A stretch of 63,894 nt of DNA, filler included, from Octopus bimaculoides (Eukaryota), in NCBI RefSeq assembly GCF_001194135.2. It is 6 parts of 6 records of this genome, joined end to end, with 100 filler letters (N's around TTAATTAATTAA, not from the genome) between each part and the next. Parts side by side here need not be neighbours in the genome. Positions count along the whole stretch, not along the records: positions 1 to 29,035 come from NC_068986.1; positions 29,136 to 53,674 come from NC_068992.1; 4 more parts are not named here. The stretch is one strand, 5' to 3'. This document shows positions 25,524 to 39,895 of the stretch, in pieces (the stretch's first letter is position 1; each line of letters begins with the position of its first letter). Position numbers and translations under genes: made by a program. The notes below the pieces were generated by a model. It did not search any database. It was not told the DNA's origin and was given only the letters and a program-made list of their open reading frames with translations.

Positions 25524-25862
25524 CAACAGGCTTCTTTCAGTTTCCATCTCCCAAATCTACTCATAAGGCTTAGTAGAAAACACTTGCCCAAGGTATCAGA
25601 CTCTGGGACTGAACCTGGAACCATGTTGGGAAGTAAGCTTCTTATCACATAGTCATGCCTGCACCTATGTATATGTGTGTGTGTTTAGAGAGAGAGAGAG
25701 GTGCAGGCATGCCTAATAGACACAGGTATGGCTTCCTGACCACATAGTTCCTAGTTCAGTCCCACTGCATGCACCTTGGGCAAGTGTCTTGAACTATAGC
25801 TTCAGGCTGATCAAAGCCTTCTCAGTGGATTTGGTAGGTGGAAACTAAAGGAAGCCTGTCAT
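25524..25862. mobile_element. Two family A heads, head-to-head
   Basis: Minus copy 25524-25667 and plus copy 25698-25862. Confidence 0.75.
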
Positions 25863-26590
25863 AGATATATATTTAACAGTGTGTTTTAACTTTTAGCACA
25901 CTGTAGGTGCATTATGTCACCATATGAGTTTTCTCCCCTGCGGTAACAGGGCAGTGGCAGGAGAAACAATTCTAGAAAAAATACAATGTGCTAAAGGTTA
26001 AAAATATATATATATATATACTGTGGTTGATCCATTCGACTAAAAATTCTTCAAAGTGGTACCCCAGCATCACTGCAAGCCAACATTTAGAACAACTAAA
26101 AGATAAAAGATAGGCACAAAAGCCTGAAAGCATATGGGAAAGGAACAGTCATTTAAATTGATCCCGTTTAATGGCTAATTTATGTTGCTTCATTGAATGC
26201 CTTTATTGAGAACTACTTGCTAATTTCTGCTATATAAAACAGGTTAGCCAACCTATTCTTTACTTAGTAATCTGGCTGATGAGGCAAGAAAACAATTGTT
26301 GGTGTAGTTTTGGAGTTTACAAATTAAGTATTCACTACAGCTGTTTCTTGTGTACAATAACATTTGCTTCTCAATTTTTTTGTTGCTATTTTCTCTGAAT
26401 CAAGTTGTAGTCATAACTGAGGTATGTATGCAAACGCACACACAGACACACACACACTCAAGGCATGTGGCTTAGTGGTTAGAGTATTTAGGTGACAATT
26501 ATAAGGTCATCAGTTCAATTCTTGGCAGCACATTCTGTTTTTGAGCAAGGTATTTTATATTATATATATATATGCGTGTGTGTGTGTGCA

Positions 26591-26643
<53 letters not shown>

Positions 26644-27738
26644 NNNNNNNNNNNNNNNNNNNNNNNNNNNNNNNNNNNNNNNNNNNNNNNNNNNNNNNNN
26701 NNNNNNNNNNNNNNNNNNNNNNNNNNNNNNNNNNNNNNNNNNNNNNNNNNNNNNNNNNNNNNNNNNNNNNNNNNNNNNNNNNNNNNNNNNNNNNNNNNNN
26801 NNNNNNNNNNNNNNNNNNNNNNNNNNNNNNNNNNNNNNNNNNNNNNNNNNNNNNNNNNNNNNNNNNNNNNNNNNNNNNNNNNNNNNNNNNNNNNNNNNNN
26901 NNNNNNNNNNNNNNNNNNNNNNNNNNNNNNNNNNNNNNNNNNNNNNNNNNNNNNNNNNNNNNNNNNNNNNNNNNNNNNNNNNNNNNNNNNNNNNNNNNNN
27001 NNNNNNNNNNNNNNNNNNNNNNNNNNNNNNNNNNNNNNNNNNNNNNNNNNNNNNNNNNNNNNNNNNNNNNNNNNNNNNNNNNNNNNNNNNNNNNNNNNNN
27101 NNNNNNNNNNNNNNNNNNNNNNNNNNNNNNNNNNNNNNNNNNNNNNNNNNNNNNNNNNNNNNNNNNNNNNNNNNNNNNNNNNNNNNNNNNNNNNNNNNNN
27201 NNNNNNNNNNNNNNNNNNNNNNNNNNNNNNNNNNNNNNNNNNNNNNNNNNNNNNNNNNNNNNNNNNNNNNNNNNNNNNNNNNNNNNNNNNNNNNNNNNNN
27301 NNNNNNNNNNNNNNNNNNNNNNNNNNNNNNNNNNNNNNNNNNNNNNNNNNNNNNNNNNNNNNNNNNNNNNNNNNNNNNNNNNNNNNNNNNNNNNNNNNNN
27401 NNNNNNNNNNNNNNNNNNNNNNNNNNNNNNNNNNNNNNNNNNNNNNNNNNNNNNNNNNNNNNNNNNNNNNNNNNNNNNNNNNNNNNNNNNNNNNNNNNNN
27501 NNNNNNNNNNNNNNNNNNNNNNNNNNNNNNNNNNNNNNNNNNNNNNNNATATACATACAAATATATATGTACATATACACATGCATATATATACATGCAT
27601 ATATATGTGTGTGTGTGTATTTATGTGTATATTTATATATACAAACACACAAATATATATATATATATAAATAGATATAAACATACACACATATAACTAT
27701 ACACAAGCATACACACACATGCGCACGCGTGTACATAC

Positions 27739-27772
<34 letters not shown>

Positions 27773-28534
27773 GTGGATGTAACTCAGACAATACAACTTC
27801 TGACTTAGACAAATAATAGGAAGCTATCAAACCCTGCCAATTGGTGTGAGTGTGTGTGTGTGTGTGTGTCTTTACGAATGCAGTTGTGATGTCTATGCCA
27901 TAATGTTGGTGTTTGTGCTACATATAGCACCTATGTATCTGTGTGTGCATGTGTGTGTGTCTGTGTGTTTGAATTCTAGCTTTATTTTAACATACATTTT
28001 TGTGCATGTAGGTGACAGTCACAAAGAGGGCAGACTTTATGTGTCAAAGTGTTAAGAAAACTATGAAATTTCACAAAGTTGTTTGGTGATGGTGGTGGTG
28101 GTGGTGGTGGTGGCAGAGGTGGCGGTGTTGGTGGTTGCATAAGGGGGAGGTGAGAGTGGGGATGTGAATGTTAGCGTGTGCATATGTCTGTGTTTTCGTG
28201 CATATGGAAATGTGTGCGTGTGTTTTGTTGCATATAGAGATGTGTGCTTGTGTATGTGTGTGTCTTGGTGCCTATGAAGAAGTAAATTTGTGTGTGTGTG
28301 TGTGTGTGTGTTTTGGCTCTAAGTTAGGTATATAATGATCCCACCTTATTATGACAGTATTCATTCAAAACTATCTTTTACACAGACACACACACACACA
28401 CACACATACACACACACAGACATGCTCATTGGAACATATAAGTATTCAGAGAGAGAGAGAGAGGATACCCTGACTCATCATCTGTTTCTCTCCACCCACA
28501 CAGACTGGTCAACTAATATGTTTCACATTAATAA

Positions 28535-28883
28535 TATGCTGCTACCACCACCACCACCACCACCATTGTCATCATCATCATCGTTGTCATCATCTTCGTC
28601 GTCATCGTCATTGTCATCGTGATCACACTCATCATGACTATCAACTGTTAAGTCACATCCAGAACTGTCAGCAGCCTACTAGCCACCACCGTCAACCACT
28701 TCCTTACTGACTTCACTATCGTCATCATCATCATCATCGTCGTCGTCGTTGTCGTCAAAACACTGTCATCATCATCATCATCACCATTATCAAAACACTA
28801 TCATTATCTTAATCATCATCATCATCAACAGTACCACTGCCATCACCACCACCATTACTAACACCAACACCATCATCACCATC

Positions 28884-28915
<32 letters not shown>

Positions 28916-29035
28916 CACTTCATCATCGTCATCGTTGTCGTCGTCATCATCATCATCATTATCATCATCATCATCATCGTCATCATCATCATTTTTATCG
29001 TCATCATCATCATCATCATCACACCTTCATCATCA
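28535..29035. repeat. (CAT/CAC/CGT)n low-complexity trinucleotide tract
   Basis: Directly visible; similar tracts at 23300-23440, 57881-58323 and 61530-61970. Confidence 0.9.
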
Positions 29036-29135
29036 NNNNNNNNNNNNNNNNNNNNNNNNNNNNNNNNNNNNNNNNNNNNTTAATTAATTAANNNNNNNNN
29101 NNNNNNNNNNNNNNNNNNNNNNNNNNNNNNNNNNN
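29036..29135. other. Artificial scaffold-join spacer (44 N + TTAATTAATTAA + 44 N)
   Basis: TTAATTAATTAA at 29080-29091 with exactly 44 N on each side; the same structure recurs five times. Confidence 0.95.
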
Positions 29136-29358
29136 AGCCATATTCGTTTTAAAGAATATGGCTAGGAACGAGGAAGATATGTTTGAATTTTTGGAAATAA
29201 GGCTCTAAATAGAGCTATTTCCGATTTGAAAAATATATGTTCACGAAGTATTTTGTGTTATACACAACTTATACAAAATTTTAAAACAAAATAGGTCTTT
29301 TAAGAGGTGAAAAATGCAACTTACATGGGAGCCGATGTGTCTACCGTCCGTCCATGAT

Positions 29359-29422
<64 letters not shown>

Positions 29423-30193
29423 CTGCAGTTCTGGAGTGGCACATTGTTATTGGCTCCGAAACCACAAAAGGCTACGTTCACCTCGGATCTATTTGAAGTG
29501 CAGAAGGCATGAACTTCTACAATGAGTCATCGCTTTCGCCTCTACAGGAACTTCGCCCGTTTGCCGTGTATAGATATACATACATGCATTCAACATGTTG
29601 TAATACGCACACTCTTTTATGTATATTTATATGCATATATGTGTGTTTGTGTGTGGAGGGGTGCCAAATGAAGCTTTACAAATCCGCCTGCAGCTGGCAT
29701 TTATTCTTAATCCTTTTCACAGCTGACGAAAATCGAATATTCTGGTGATTTAGTCTGTAGAATCGCCCTGAAAGCTCACTAATATCTATTGTGCATTTAT
29801 TTTCTGTCTATGCTATAGGAGACACGTTTGTCCGACATATTTCTACGGCTTGCGTGACTTGTGCGTGTTTCAGTCTTGCCAGATGAAAACAGTCGTTGCA
29901 GCGATTAATTATGTCCGGTTTCCAAAAAATACAAAAAGAGTATCTTAAATAAATATATATAAAAATAGAATACCTCAAAGCCGAATTTCAGGATTAAGGC
30001 ATTTGCTATTAGTTTACTAACAATGAAATGTATCGATCTAACAAAGTAATAGGTTTTCATGGAGATTGGCAGAGATTACAGAATGACAGAAGGACAATAG
30101 TGCACTGCCTTCGGAAATATTCCTTGATTAATATGTTTTAGAAATGTAGAGAATGTCTATTATAAACTGGAGCGAAAGTGAGTAAAAGCGAGA

Positions 30194-30259
<66 letters not shown>

Positions 30260-31344
30260 GAGAGATTAAAAGGTGAGAAGGTGGGTGAGAAGAAAAGATT
30301 CAAAGAGACAGGAAGAAGAGGAAGAAATCCATTGAGACAGAGAACCAAAGGAAAGAAGCGCTAATTGAAAGAAGGTTATTTGTTCAAACGACACTTGAAT
30401 CTGGTTGTATGTGGAATAATTACCAGAGTGACCTGAACACAACTGGAGGCTTGATTCCTATATTACCAACGATGATTAAAAACGTCAGTATGTACTTTGA
30501 TGCAGTACCATTATTCTCTTATTCTCTTGCCAATATAATATGATATCGCAGTTACAAATATTTGCAGATTTATTTATTTATTTTGTGCACAGTCACACAC
30601 GCGTACACACACACACACACACACATGCATTTTGTTACATTGAACGCAATAGTTTTCACAGAGGCAGAAATAAATCAATGGATTCGAATCAGTAGGTTGC
30701 TGGGACTGAATGTATCAACGCCCCACGAGGGAAACATTTAACATTTAAATGGAGTCAATCCTAAATAGGAAAGAAAGAAAACAGTTATTATGTAATCAAG
30801 TATTGTGTGATCTGTGCCATTCTTAAGATCCAATCCTTGCAATATCATTCGTTTTGATTCTTTAGCAGACGTTCGTTAATTAACTGTTGCACCACGTCAA
30901 CTCAAAATCGATGAAATTATTTAGCCAGACCTACGGAAGATACATGAAATTAATTCTGTTGGCGAACTTCTTTATAATAATATGTTGGTCTCTGTATTTG
31001 AAGTTATCGAATGTAGCAGCATATTGTATAATCCATTCGGCGTTAAATAGCTCGGTCGTGCGTACGATACAGCCATAACGAAGATATTAAACATTGAAGC
31101 TCGGTCTTTAATGCTCAAAATTGTCTCCTGACCCCTTGAGGAAGTTGTCTGTTCTAAGCTGTAATACGAGGGAATTGATTAAAGGATCAATATATTGACT
31201 GATTAGTCTGTCTATATATTGCATTTGAACATTCTTATATAATATGGTACTAATGTTTTATAGTGTGCTTAGTTCAGGTGTCAGGCGCCCCAGATGTCCA
31301 ATCAGAGAGGACCCACTCTCTACAGAAAAACGAAACAGTGTATT

Positions 31345-31612
31345 TACGACGCAAGTTGCGCGACCCGGTAGCTAGGGGGTTGCATTCACGATCAAAAGAA
31401 TGTGCGTTCGATTCCTGGATGTCGAGGTGTGTTGCGTTCTTTAGCAAAAGCTATCACTTTTCACTGCTCCTGTTAACTCTGCAGTAAACGAGCAGCTCTA
31501 TGATAGACTGGAGTTCCATTCAGGGGTAATATTGGGATTTGAGTCTCGTAAACGTCATGGAACACGAGTAACCGGCACTATGAGTACTAAATTTCGAGTC
31601 ATGATGATGTTG
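31345..31612 (+). mobile_element. Family E SINE (decayed)
   Basis: gcgcgacccggtagctaggg...gttcgattcctgg...ttctttagcaaaa...tgatagactggagttccattcaggg...accggcactatgag. Confidence 0.65.
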
Positions 31613-31788
31613 GTGATGATAATAACTATGATGAAGTTTGTTTATCGATCAGATGGTTGTGGGTTCTGTCCCTGTGCATGACACCATGGGCAGGCGTGTT
31701 CTGGTATAGCCTCGGGCCGACCAAAGCTTTGTGACAAGATTTGATTGCTGGAAACTGACAAAAGCCTGTCGCATATACACTAACACTC

Positions 31789-32088
31789 GCACTCCATCGG
31801 TTATGGAACAGCCTACTCGTGAAATTAACATGCAAGTAACTGAGCATATGCACGTGTGTCTCCACAAACACGTGTACCCTTTACGTAGTTCTCAGGGAGG
31901 CTCAACGTGACACAGAGTATGAGAAGGCTGGCCCTTTGAAATAGAAGTACTACTAATTTTTGCCGGCTGAGTGGTTTCGAGCAATATGAAATAAAGTGTT
32001 TTGCTCAAGGACAACGCGTCGCCGGGAATTGAACTCACCACCTTACGATCATGAACTGAATACCTTATCCACTAAGTTACGCGCCTTC
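31789..32088 (-). mobile_element. Family C SINE
   Basis: acagcctactcgtgaaattaac...tgtaccctttacgtagttctc...gtgttttgctcaaggacaacgcgtcgccgggaattgaactc. Confidence 0.85.
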
Positions 32089-32140
32089 ATACATACATAA
32101 ATACATACATACATAAATACATACATACACACGCGCACAC

Positions 32141-32207
<67 letters not shown>

Positions 32208-32469
32208 CATATATAAGGTTATTTACCCACATAAGGTGTGTATTGGTGTGCATGTATGTATATACGTACGCATATATATGTATATGCTTGTGTGGGTGGG
32301 TGGGTGTGTGGATGTGCATGTATGTTTGGGGACCTCCAGATATGTGGTTGTGTGTATATTTGTGTCAGTGATTGTATATGAATGAGGGTATGTGTGAGTG
32401 TATTTGCGAAATAATAAAATTTAGCATGTGCAGCATAACATGTAAAACAAAGAGGACGGCCATTGTATA

Positions 32470-33450
32470 AAATACCCCTTCTCTTCACCTTTGATATCGA
32501 GAGTCTGTATACGGTGACCCCACACAACGAATGACGTCTTCCACTCACTTTCTAGACCTTCGAACCAATCCACAAGCTGACACCTCCACACATCTTCGTC
32601 TGGTTGATCTTGTTGTCACCCTCAACTACTTCTCATTTACAGGAGAATTTTAACAACAGAAACTCGGGAGTGGCCATGGGAACGAGAATGGGCACCAGCT
32701 ATGCGAACCTGTTCGCTGGCTACGTTGCAGCCAAAATATTTTCACGACTCACTGGTCTCACTCCCAAAATATAGTTCATTATATTGATGACTATACCAGT
32801 GTGACTTAACGAACTCGCGAACAACTAGACTCCTCTCTCTCTTTTGTCCAATCTCTCCATCCTGCACGCAAATTCTCCTACAAAATTTCAAACATTTTCG
32901 TCGCTTTTCTCGACATTTCTCTCAGCCTACAACACTCATCTCTCACTACATCCATCCACTACAAACATACCGATTCACATTCCTATCTTAACTTCTCCTC
33001 CTACCACTCTACCCACACCTAGCTCTCCATTCCCTACTCCCAATTCCTCCGTCTGCGTAGGCTCTGCTATGACAACTATGACCTTGAGGCTCAGTCTCAA
33101 CTCATCGATCACAACTTCGTCCTTCGTGGATAGCCCCTCACCACTATCCACACAGCCCTTGGCAAAGCACGTTTTGTAGACTGTGCCTCTGCTCTCTTTC
33201 CCCCGGCCCCAATCCACAGCTGCCCGACTTCCGTTTCTCCTCACCTACCTTTCCTCCACTTTGACCCTCCAATGTACCAATCTCCGAGAATTCCGGCGGC
33301 TCCCGTCCGACCCCTCTGCCTCGCACATCTTCCCCAACCTACTCCTCCCCTTCTTCCAACCAGCCCACAACCTGCGTGACCTCCTGGTCCATAGTTTCTC
33401 CCTTAACTCCACCCCCAACCTGGCTCCTTCTCCTACTCCCGCCTACTCTG
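32470..33450 (+). mobile_element. Penelope-like element reverse transcriptase fragment (pseudogenised)
   Basis: LFTFDIESLYT (from 32481), GVAMGTRMGTSYANLF (32667-32714), YIDD (32780-32791), AFLDI, IHYKHTDSHSYLNFSS, SIPYSQFLRLRRLC (33026-33067) and NLRDLLVHS are typical PLE RT/thumb motifs; several stops and frameshifts. Confidence 0.9.
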
Positions 33451-33654
33451 CTGAACGGGTCCTGCCAGTTATCATCTCCAAGTCGAGTCACAAGACTTCC
33501 AAAATACGATGCTATAGCAGAAGTCACTTGACCAAGATGCCATGGAGTGGGACTGAACCCGAACTATATGGCTGCTGGTTGCCAGGCAAACTTCTTACCA
33601 CACAGCCATGCTTGTGCCAGTGTATATATGTATCTATACCACTGAAAATTCGTG

Positions 33655-33960
33655 TCTTAAGGTATACGGCTCACAATTGTAAGTCAGGATTTCGATTCCG
33701 AGCTCTGTATTGAGTCCTTGAGCAAGACACTTTATTTCACGTTTTTCCGGTCCACTAAGCTGGCAAAAATGAGGTGTACTTGTAATTCAAAGGGTCGGTT
33801 TTCTCATATTCGGAGTTTCACTACTTCTTCTTTTGAACTATGTGAAACGTACGCGTGCCTGTGGGATGCTCAACCAGTTTCATCTAATTTTAAGAGTAAG
33901 TTGTTCAGTTGATCAAAATAACTACAACACTCATCTCCGTAACAGATGGAGAGCCAGTTA
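33655..33960 (+). mobile_element. Family C SINE (decayed)
   Basis: gtccttgagcaagacactttatttcacg...gctggcaaaaatgagg..tacttgtaattcaaaggg...gttgttcagttgatcaaaat. Confidence 0.75.
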
Positions 33961-36900
33961 TCTAACCCGGTATGTATGTTTGTATGCATCTGTATATAAA
34001 TGATAAACACACATACAGATACTTATTCATATCTATAGAGTGTGTGTGGGTGTGTGTGCGTGCATGGGTGAATTTGCGTGTGCATGAGTGTATGGAGTCG
34101 TGTATGCATTATAAATGTTCCTCGTTTAGAAATAAGGTAATTTTCTTCATAAAGTTTGAATGATGTACCAACGAAGCTCCTTATATTCTACATTAAGAAA
34201 CACGTATTCGTTAACAAAGTCATTTATCAACAAGTTCTAACCAAAATCACAGGAATTTTTTTCTCTCTCTAATGATCTTTTATTCCTTTGTCTAGACATC
34301 TACAAAATGCCTTGTCATTATTCGTTTCCAAAAATTAATAGGAAAATTATACTTCTCACAAGAATAAGTGAGCTTTTCTTATATATGTATTTTCAATCAC
34401 CTTACTTGAAAGACTTGAAATTTCGGATAGTATCTTGTATTTTTCTTTTTTATGCAGTTTTGAATTAATTATGAACTAAACTCCTAAATCAATTAATTAG
34501 TCATTTGTGATTCTATAGGTTCACTTAAAGGACGATTGAAAAAAAAAGCCTTTTCTTTCTCGTAAACCTATTTTTATCCAAAGTCATTATACTTAATATT
34601 ATGGCTGCTTATTTGAGCTTTACTTACTGGTTCGATATTTAGGACATAGATTGTTGTCTTTTAGATATAATAAAACACTGTTTTTGTTGGTGTTGTAGTT
34701 GTTAGCGCTAGGTCTACTTCGTTCAGAGAGACACAAATCAAACATTTTCAATTTGTGATCATCCCGCTTCTAGCCATAAGCAGGACTATATTATGTTATG
34801 CAGGACTTTCTAAATAAGGTGTCACAATATTTTAAATACATATAGCTCATTTCCCTTTATGTTTAAATATTCAGGCGCTAAGGGCGATACGTACCTAAAT
34901 AACAATGAGATAGGTTGACAAAGTACAGGAAATTTGGAAATAACTGATAATGATTTCTCCTCTGGAGAATTAATTTCTGATGCATTAAACCGCTATATGT
35001 AACAGGTTGAGATTTCAAGAAACAAGCATTTCCTACATCAGTGAGTTTCGTTTAATAATGGTATTCCTATGTTTTCCTTATTTTTGTATTTTATATATTT
35101 CCCAGTAGTCGATTTTTGTTTGTGTTTGTACCTTAGAACAATTGGATATGATTGAGTCTTGTTTTGTTTTTTGAGAATTCTTCGATGGGTACATGTAGTA
35201 AAGAAACTGGACTGGAAACCTCAAGGTTTTGCAATCATGTGATTTTAGATTCAGTCCCACAGCACGTCACTTAGAACAAGTGACATTTACTCTAGCTTCA
35301 GGCAACCGATCCTTCGTAAGTGAATTTGATAAATGGCAACTCTTTTTCAAGTTTCTCATATATATATCAGGAGGTTATGAAAAAATTCTAGGCTTTATAT
35401 AAAAGAAAATATATATACGCTTAATATATAAGTGTTTATAAAGATTTATACACAGAGAGAAGGTCCTTGACAGGACTTCTCACATGTTAAAAAGGCCAGT
35501 TAAGCCCAAATCCCGAAAAGAATAAATTTAAAGACACGCCGATAATGGCACTAGAATGAATAGAAACAAAAAAAAAATATTAGTTAATCCCATACACGAG
35601 TTTCCCTATTAATGAGCAAATAAGTCATCCGTAGTTCATCAGTGGGATCGCTAAAAGAATGCATAATTACGTAGCTTTAATACGTACCGAAATACACGTG
35701 CTTAAACCTGTTTATCTGCATCGCTGTCTATCTACTTATCTATCTATATGTATGCATGTATGTGTGCGTGAGATAAAGGGAGGGTGATGTATTTCTTCGA
35801 GTGTGTCTGTGTTACTGCGGGCATTTTAAGTGCACATACACACACATACACATACACATGTATAAATATATATATATACTCATGTATGTGTTACTGAGGT
35901 CGATTTTATGCAACGTATATTTTACTTCTACGGTTCTTGAAATACTAAAGTCGAGTGAATTCTCTCAGAGATATAAGATTCCGAGTAAACACGAGTCTCT
36001 AATTTCCTCTTAGCAGTTAATTAACATCAATTACGCTAATAAAGATCTTATGATGAATGTCTCAATTTCTCAATATTCGAATTTCTTTTCCTTCATTCTT
36101 GGAAAATCTCAAGTTCACATTTCCTTAATTTCATTAGTTTTCATCAGTACGTCGTGCATAGTATTGCTCAGTTAAAGTTAGTTACGTTGTATCATCTAGA
36201 AATAAAGCACGGATAAGACTTCCGGGATTCTAACAGAATATGTTATAAATCATAGCAAAAAGAACTTATAATAGTCATGTATATTTCATATCAGTTTGAT
36301 ATTGATACATATAGGTATATAGACGTCCACGAATACAAGTGCGTTTGTATATCACATGTAGAGGTCCAACGGGTAGTCTGGGAATCGAACGTACGACCTC
36401 GCAATCGTGAGTGTAACACCTTAACCACTAATCCATGTGTGCGCATATATATATATATATATATATAGACAGAGAGAGAGAGAAAGTCAGCGGGAGTGAG
36501 AGAGAGTGAGAGAGGCAATTATGTGAATAAACAATTTAGACAGATCAAATATAGTAAATATAAAATATGTAAATATGTTAAAGTGCACAACGATAGGAAG
36601 TAAAAGATGGAAACTGTCAAATGATAAATTTCTATGTATATATATACGTATTAGAAGGGATGACAACTAATTGGACATCCGATATGCTAGAAAGAGGNNN
36701 NNNNNNNNNNNNNNNNNNNNNNNNNNNNNNNNNNNNNNNNNNNNNNNNNNNNNNNNNNNNNNNNNNNNNNNNNNNNNNNNNNNNNNNNNNNNNNNNNNNN
36801 NNNNNNNNNNNNNNNNNNNNNNNNNNNNNNNNNNNNNNNNNNNNNNNNNNNNNNNNNNNNNNNNNNNNNNNNNNNNNNNNNNNNNNNNNNNNNNNNNNNN

Positions 36901-37118
36901 NNNNNNNNNNNNNNNNNNNNNNNNNNNNNNNNNNNNNNNNNNNNNNNNNNNNNNNNNNNNNNNNNNNNNNNNNNNNNNNNNNNNNNNNNNNNNNNNNNNN
37001 NNNNNNNNNNNNNNNNNNNNNNNNNNNNNNNNNNNNNNNNNNNNNNNNNNNNNNNNNNNNNNNNNNNNNNNNNNNNNNNNNNNNNNNNNNNNNNNNNNNN
37101 NNNNNNNNNNNNNNNNNN

Positions 37119-37194
<76 letters not shown>

Positions 37195-37231
37195 AATAGG
37201 TCCAAATTACACAGAGTAGAAACAACTCAGA

Positions 37232-37572
37232 AAATTAAAGGGGTGGAATAAAGTTTTCTATAAGACCAACAGCTATTTCTGAGGTCTCGGTGATCCTTAA
37301 TAGTGTTGGTAGATTTAATCCATCAAAATATGCTGTCGTATGGAGGCAATTAACATTGGATGAGATAAGCCTCAGTCATCAGACTACAGAAGTCGTTACA
37401 ATGCAGAGAGGTTCAAATATGGTTCGAAAATTCCATCTTTGAATTTGTCTGCATTGAAACCTGAAATGTAAGATCTCTACCCTGATGACAGAGGCTCGTC
37501 GCAACGAATGTTAATTGCGTCCATACGACAGCATATTTTGATGGAAACAACTTTCTTCCACCTCTTTAATTT
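37232..37572. repeat. Long fold-back element
   Basis: Arms 37319-37357 / 37507-37545 match 38/39; further paired segments lie inside (20/24) and outside. Confidence 0.9.
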
Positions 37573-38139
37573 ACTCTGTCGTTTGTATTTTGTGTAAGTC
37601 GGACCTATTGCTATAAATATCTATATATTCATACATAAAAATTCATCATTTGAAAGTTTCCACGTTTTGCATCCACGCGTTGTTCACATAGACATATATA
37701 CATATTTTGTATTTGATGTTTAATAAATTTAATAAATTTGATATGCCTTATTTGTTTACCAGTATAATTGCCTCTATCCCCACTCAACTTGATCCCTCTG
37801 ATAGCTTTTCTTTACCTCGAGGAATGATGCCCTGTGAAGTTACCGGAATTTAAGTTTGTATCTTTTGAGCACTACTGTCTCCTATACAGTGAATATCTGG
37901 ATGTCATTTGTAAACTATATATAAATATGTGTGAATGTGCGTGTGTGTGTGTATGGTTCTCTGTGGTATGTGTGCGTGGATGTGTGTTTATATGCCTATA
38001 TACAGAGAAAGATAAATTGATTGACAGACAGATTAATAGATAAATAGATAAGCGTATATATGTATGTGTATATATTATATATATTTCATGTGTATTTTTA
38101 TTTATTTATATATTATATATATATGTATGCACGCACTCA

Positions 38140-38217
<78 letters not shown>

Positions 38218-38683
38218 CATATATATANNNNNNNNNNNNNNNNNNNNNNNNNNNNNNNNNNNNNNNNNNNNNNNNNNNNNNNNNNNNNNNNNNNNNNNNN
38301 NNNNNNNNNNNNNNNNNNNNNNNNNNNNNNNNNNNNNNNNNNNNNNNNNNNNNNNNNNNNNNNNNNNNNNNNNNNNNNNNNNNNNNNNNNNNNNNNNNNN
38401 NNNNNNNNNNNNNNNNNNNNNNNNNNNNNNNNNNNNNNNNNNNNNNNNNNNNNNNNNNNNNNNNNNNNNNNNNNNNNNNNNNNNNNNNNNNNNNNNNNNN
38501 NNNNNNNNNNNNNNNNNNNNNNNNNNNNNNNNNNNNNNNNNNNNNNNNNNNNNNNNNNNNNNNNNNNNNNNNNNNNNNNNNNNNNNNNNNNNNNNNNNNN
38601 NNNNNNNNNNNNNNNNNNNNNNNNNNNNNNNNNNNNNNNNNNNNNNNNNNNNNNNNNNNNNNNNNNNNNNNNNNNNNNNNNNN

Positions 38684-38718
<35 letters not shown>

Positions 38719-39895
38719 CATACATATTTCACATATATGCGTGTGTGAGAAAGCGTATACATATGCGCATACCTATACTTATAGTCGGGTATCTATGTGT
38801 GTCACATAAATAAAATTATATACATACAATAGACCTCTGATAATCTTTTTTCTTTGATTTAAGTGAGTGTCGGGTGAAGAATTAGGCAAGACCCAGCACA
38901 CAGATTAGGCTTTATATGTTAAACGTTCTAATATACCGCAAGATTACATAGCTATTAACTCTAAATGCCAGTTCTTACCGCTTATACTGTCCTATTTACA
39001 AATAAATGCGCCAAGAAACGGAAATCTATTTTCATATTTAGTTTAGGAATCTATGTTGGCACCTGTTAACTTATGTTTCTCTTAAACGCATGCAAACTGT
39101 ATTTGGCAGCATGAAACTGGCATAATACAACCGAAAAGATTACACTTATCAATGTATTCAGATTTGCTGTACTTAAATATTATAAAACGCTTAGTTGTTA
39201 GGCAAATCGTTAGCGTATGTGGACCAAAATATAGCAACTCTCTTTATTCTCCATATTCTCTTATTGGCTAGCTCATAACTAAGCATACAGGTATGAATAA
39301 ATATAATTTATATGTACATTCGTACCTATAAACGTGCACATGGATTCATACATGCATGCACACATACATGCAAGCATATATATATATATATAAGATAAGG
39401 AATAATTTTGCCACTTTCTATGGAGATAAAAGGGTTAATATGAGTGCAAAAAGAAGTGCTTAAATGAAATTGAGACAGAGGTAATGAACATTGATTAGAG
39501 AACAAACATCAAATTCGGGTTAACGACTTTATATAAAATCACGCTTCTGTACAATTCATCATATATAAACATTACTACGTCTTTCAACATATAAAATGAA
39601 TAAATATATAAAAGCACACAAGGTAAAAACATAATGCACATAAAAATACAAGGTATATAGGAAGGTTTATTAAGAAAATGTATCTACAAATCGCCTAAAA
39701 TAAATAATCAAAACGAATAACTAATCATTTTGATTATGGACGTGTGTTGTTACATAAAGTCGTTAACCCCAATTTGATGTTTGCTCTCTAATCAATGATT
39801 ATATATATATATATANNNNNNNNNNNNNNNNNNNNNNNNNNNNNNNNNNNNNNNNNNNNNNNNNNNNNTGTGTGTGTGTGTGTGTGTGTGTAAAA

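Noticed and set aside
26277-26305. CTGATGAGGCAAGAAAACAATTGTTG hammerhead-like string
   Set aside because: There is no stem II or stem I, and the cleavage-site base would be G.
37482-37510. CTGATGA within the fold-back; also 63593-63620
   Set aside because: Neither is followed by a stem II plus GAAA core, so no ribozyme is supported.
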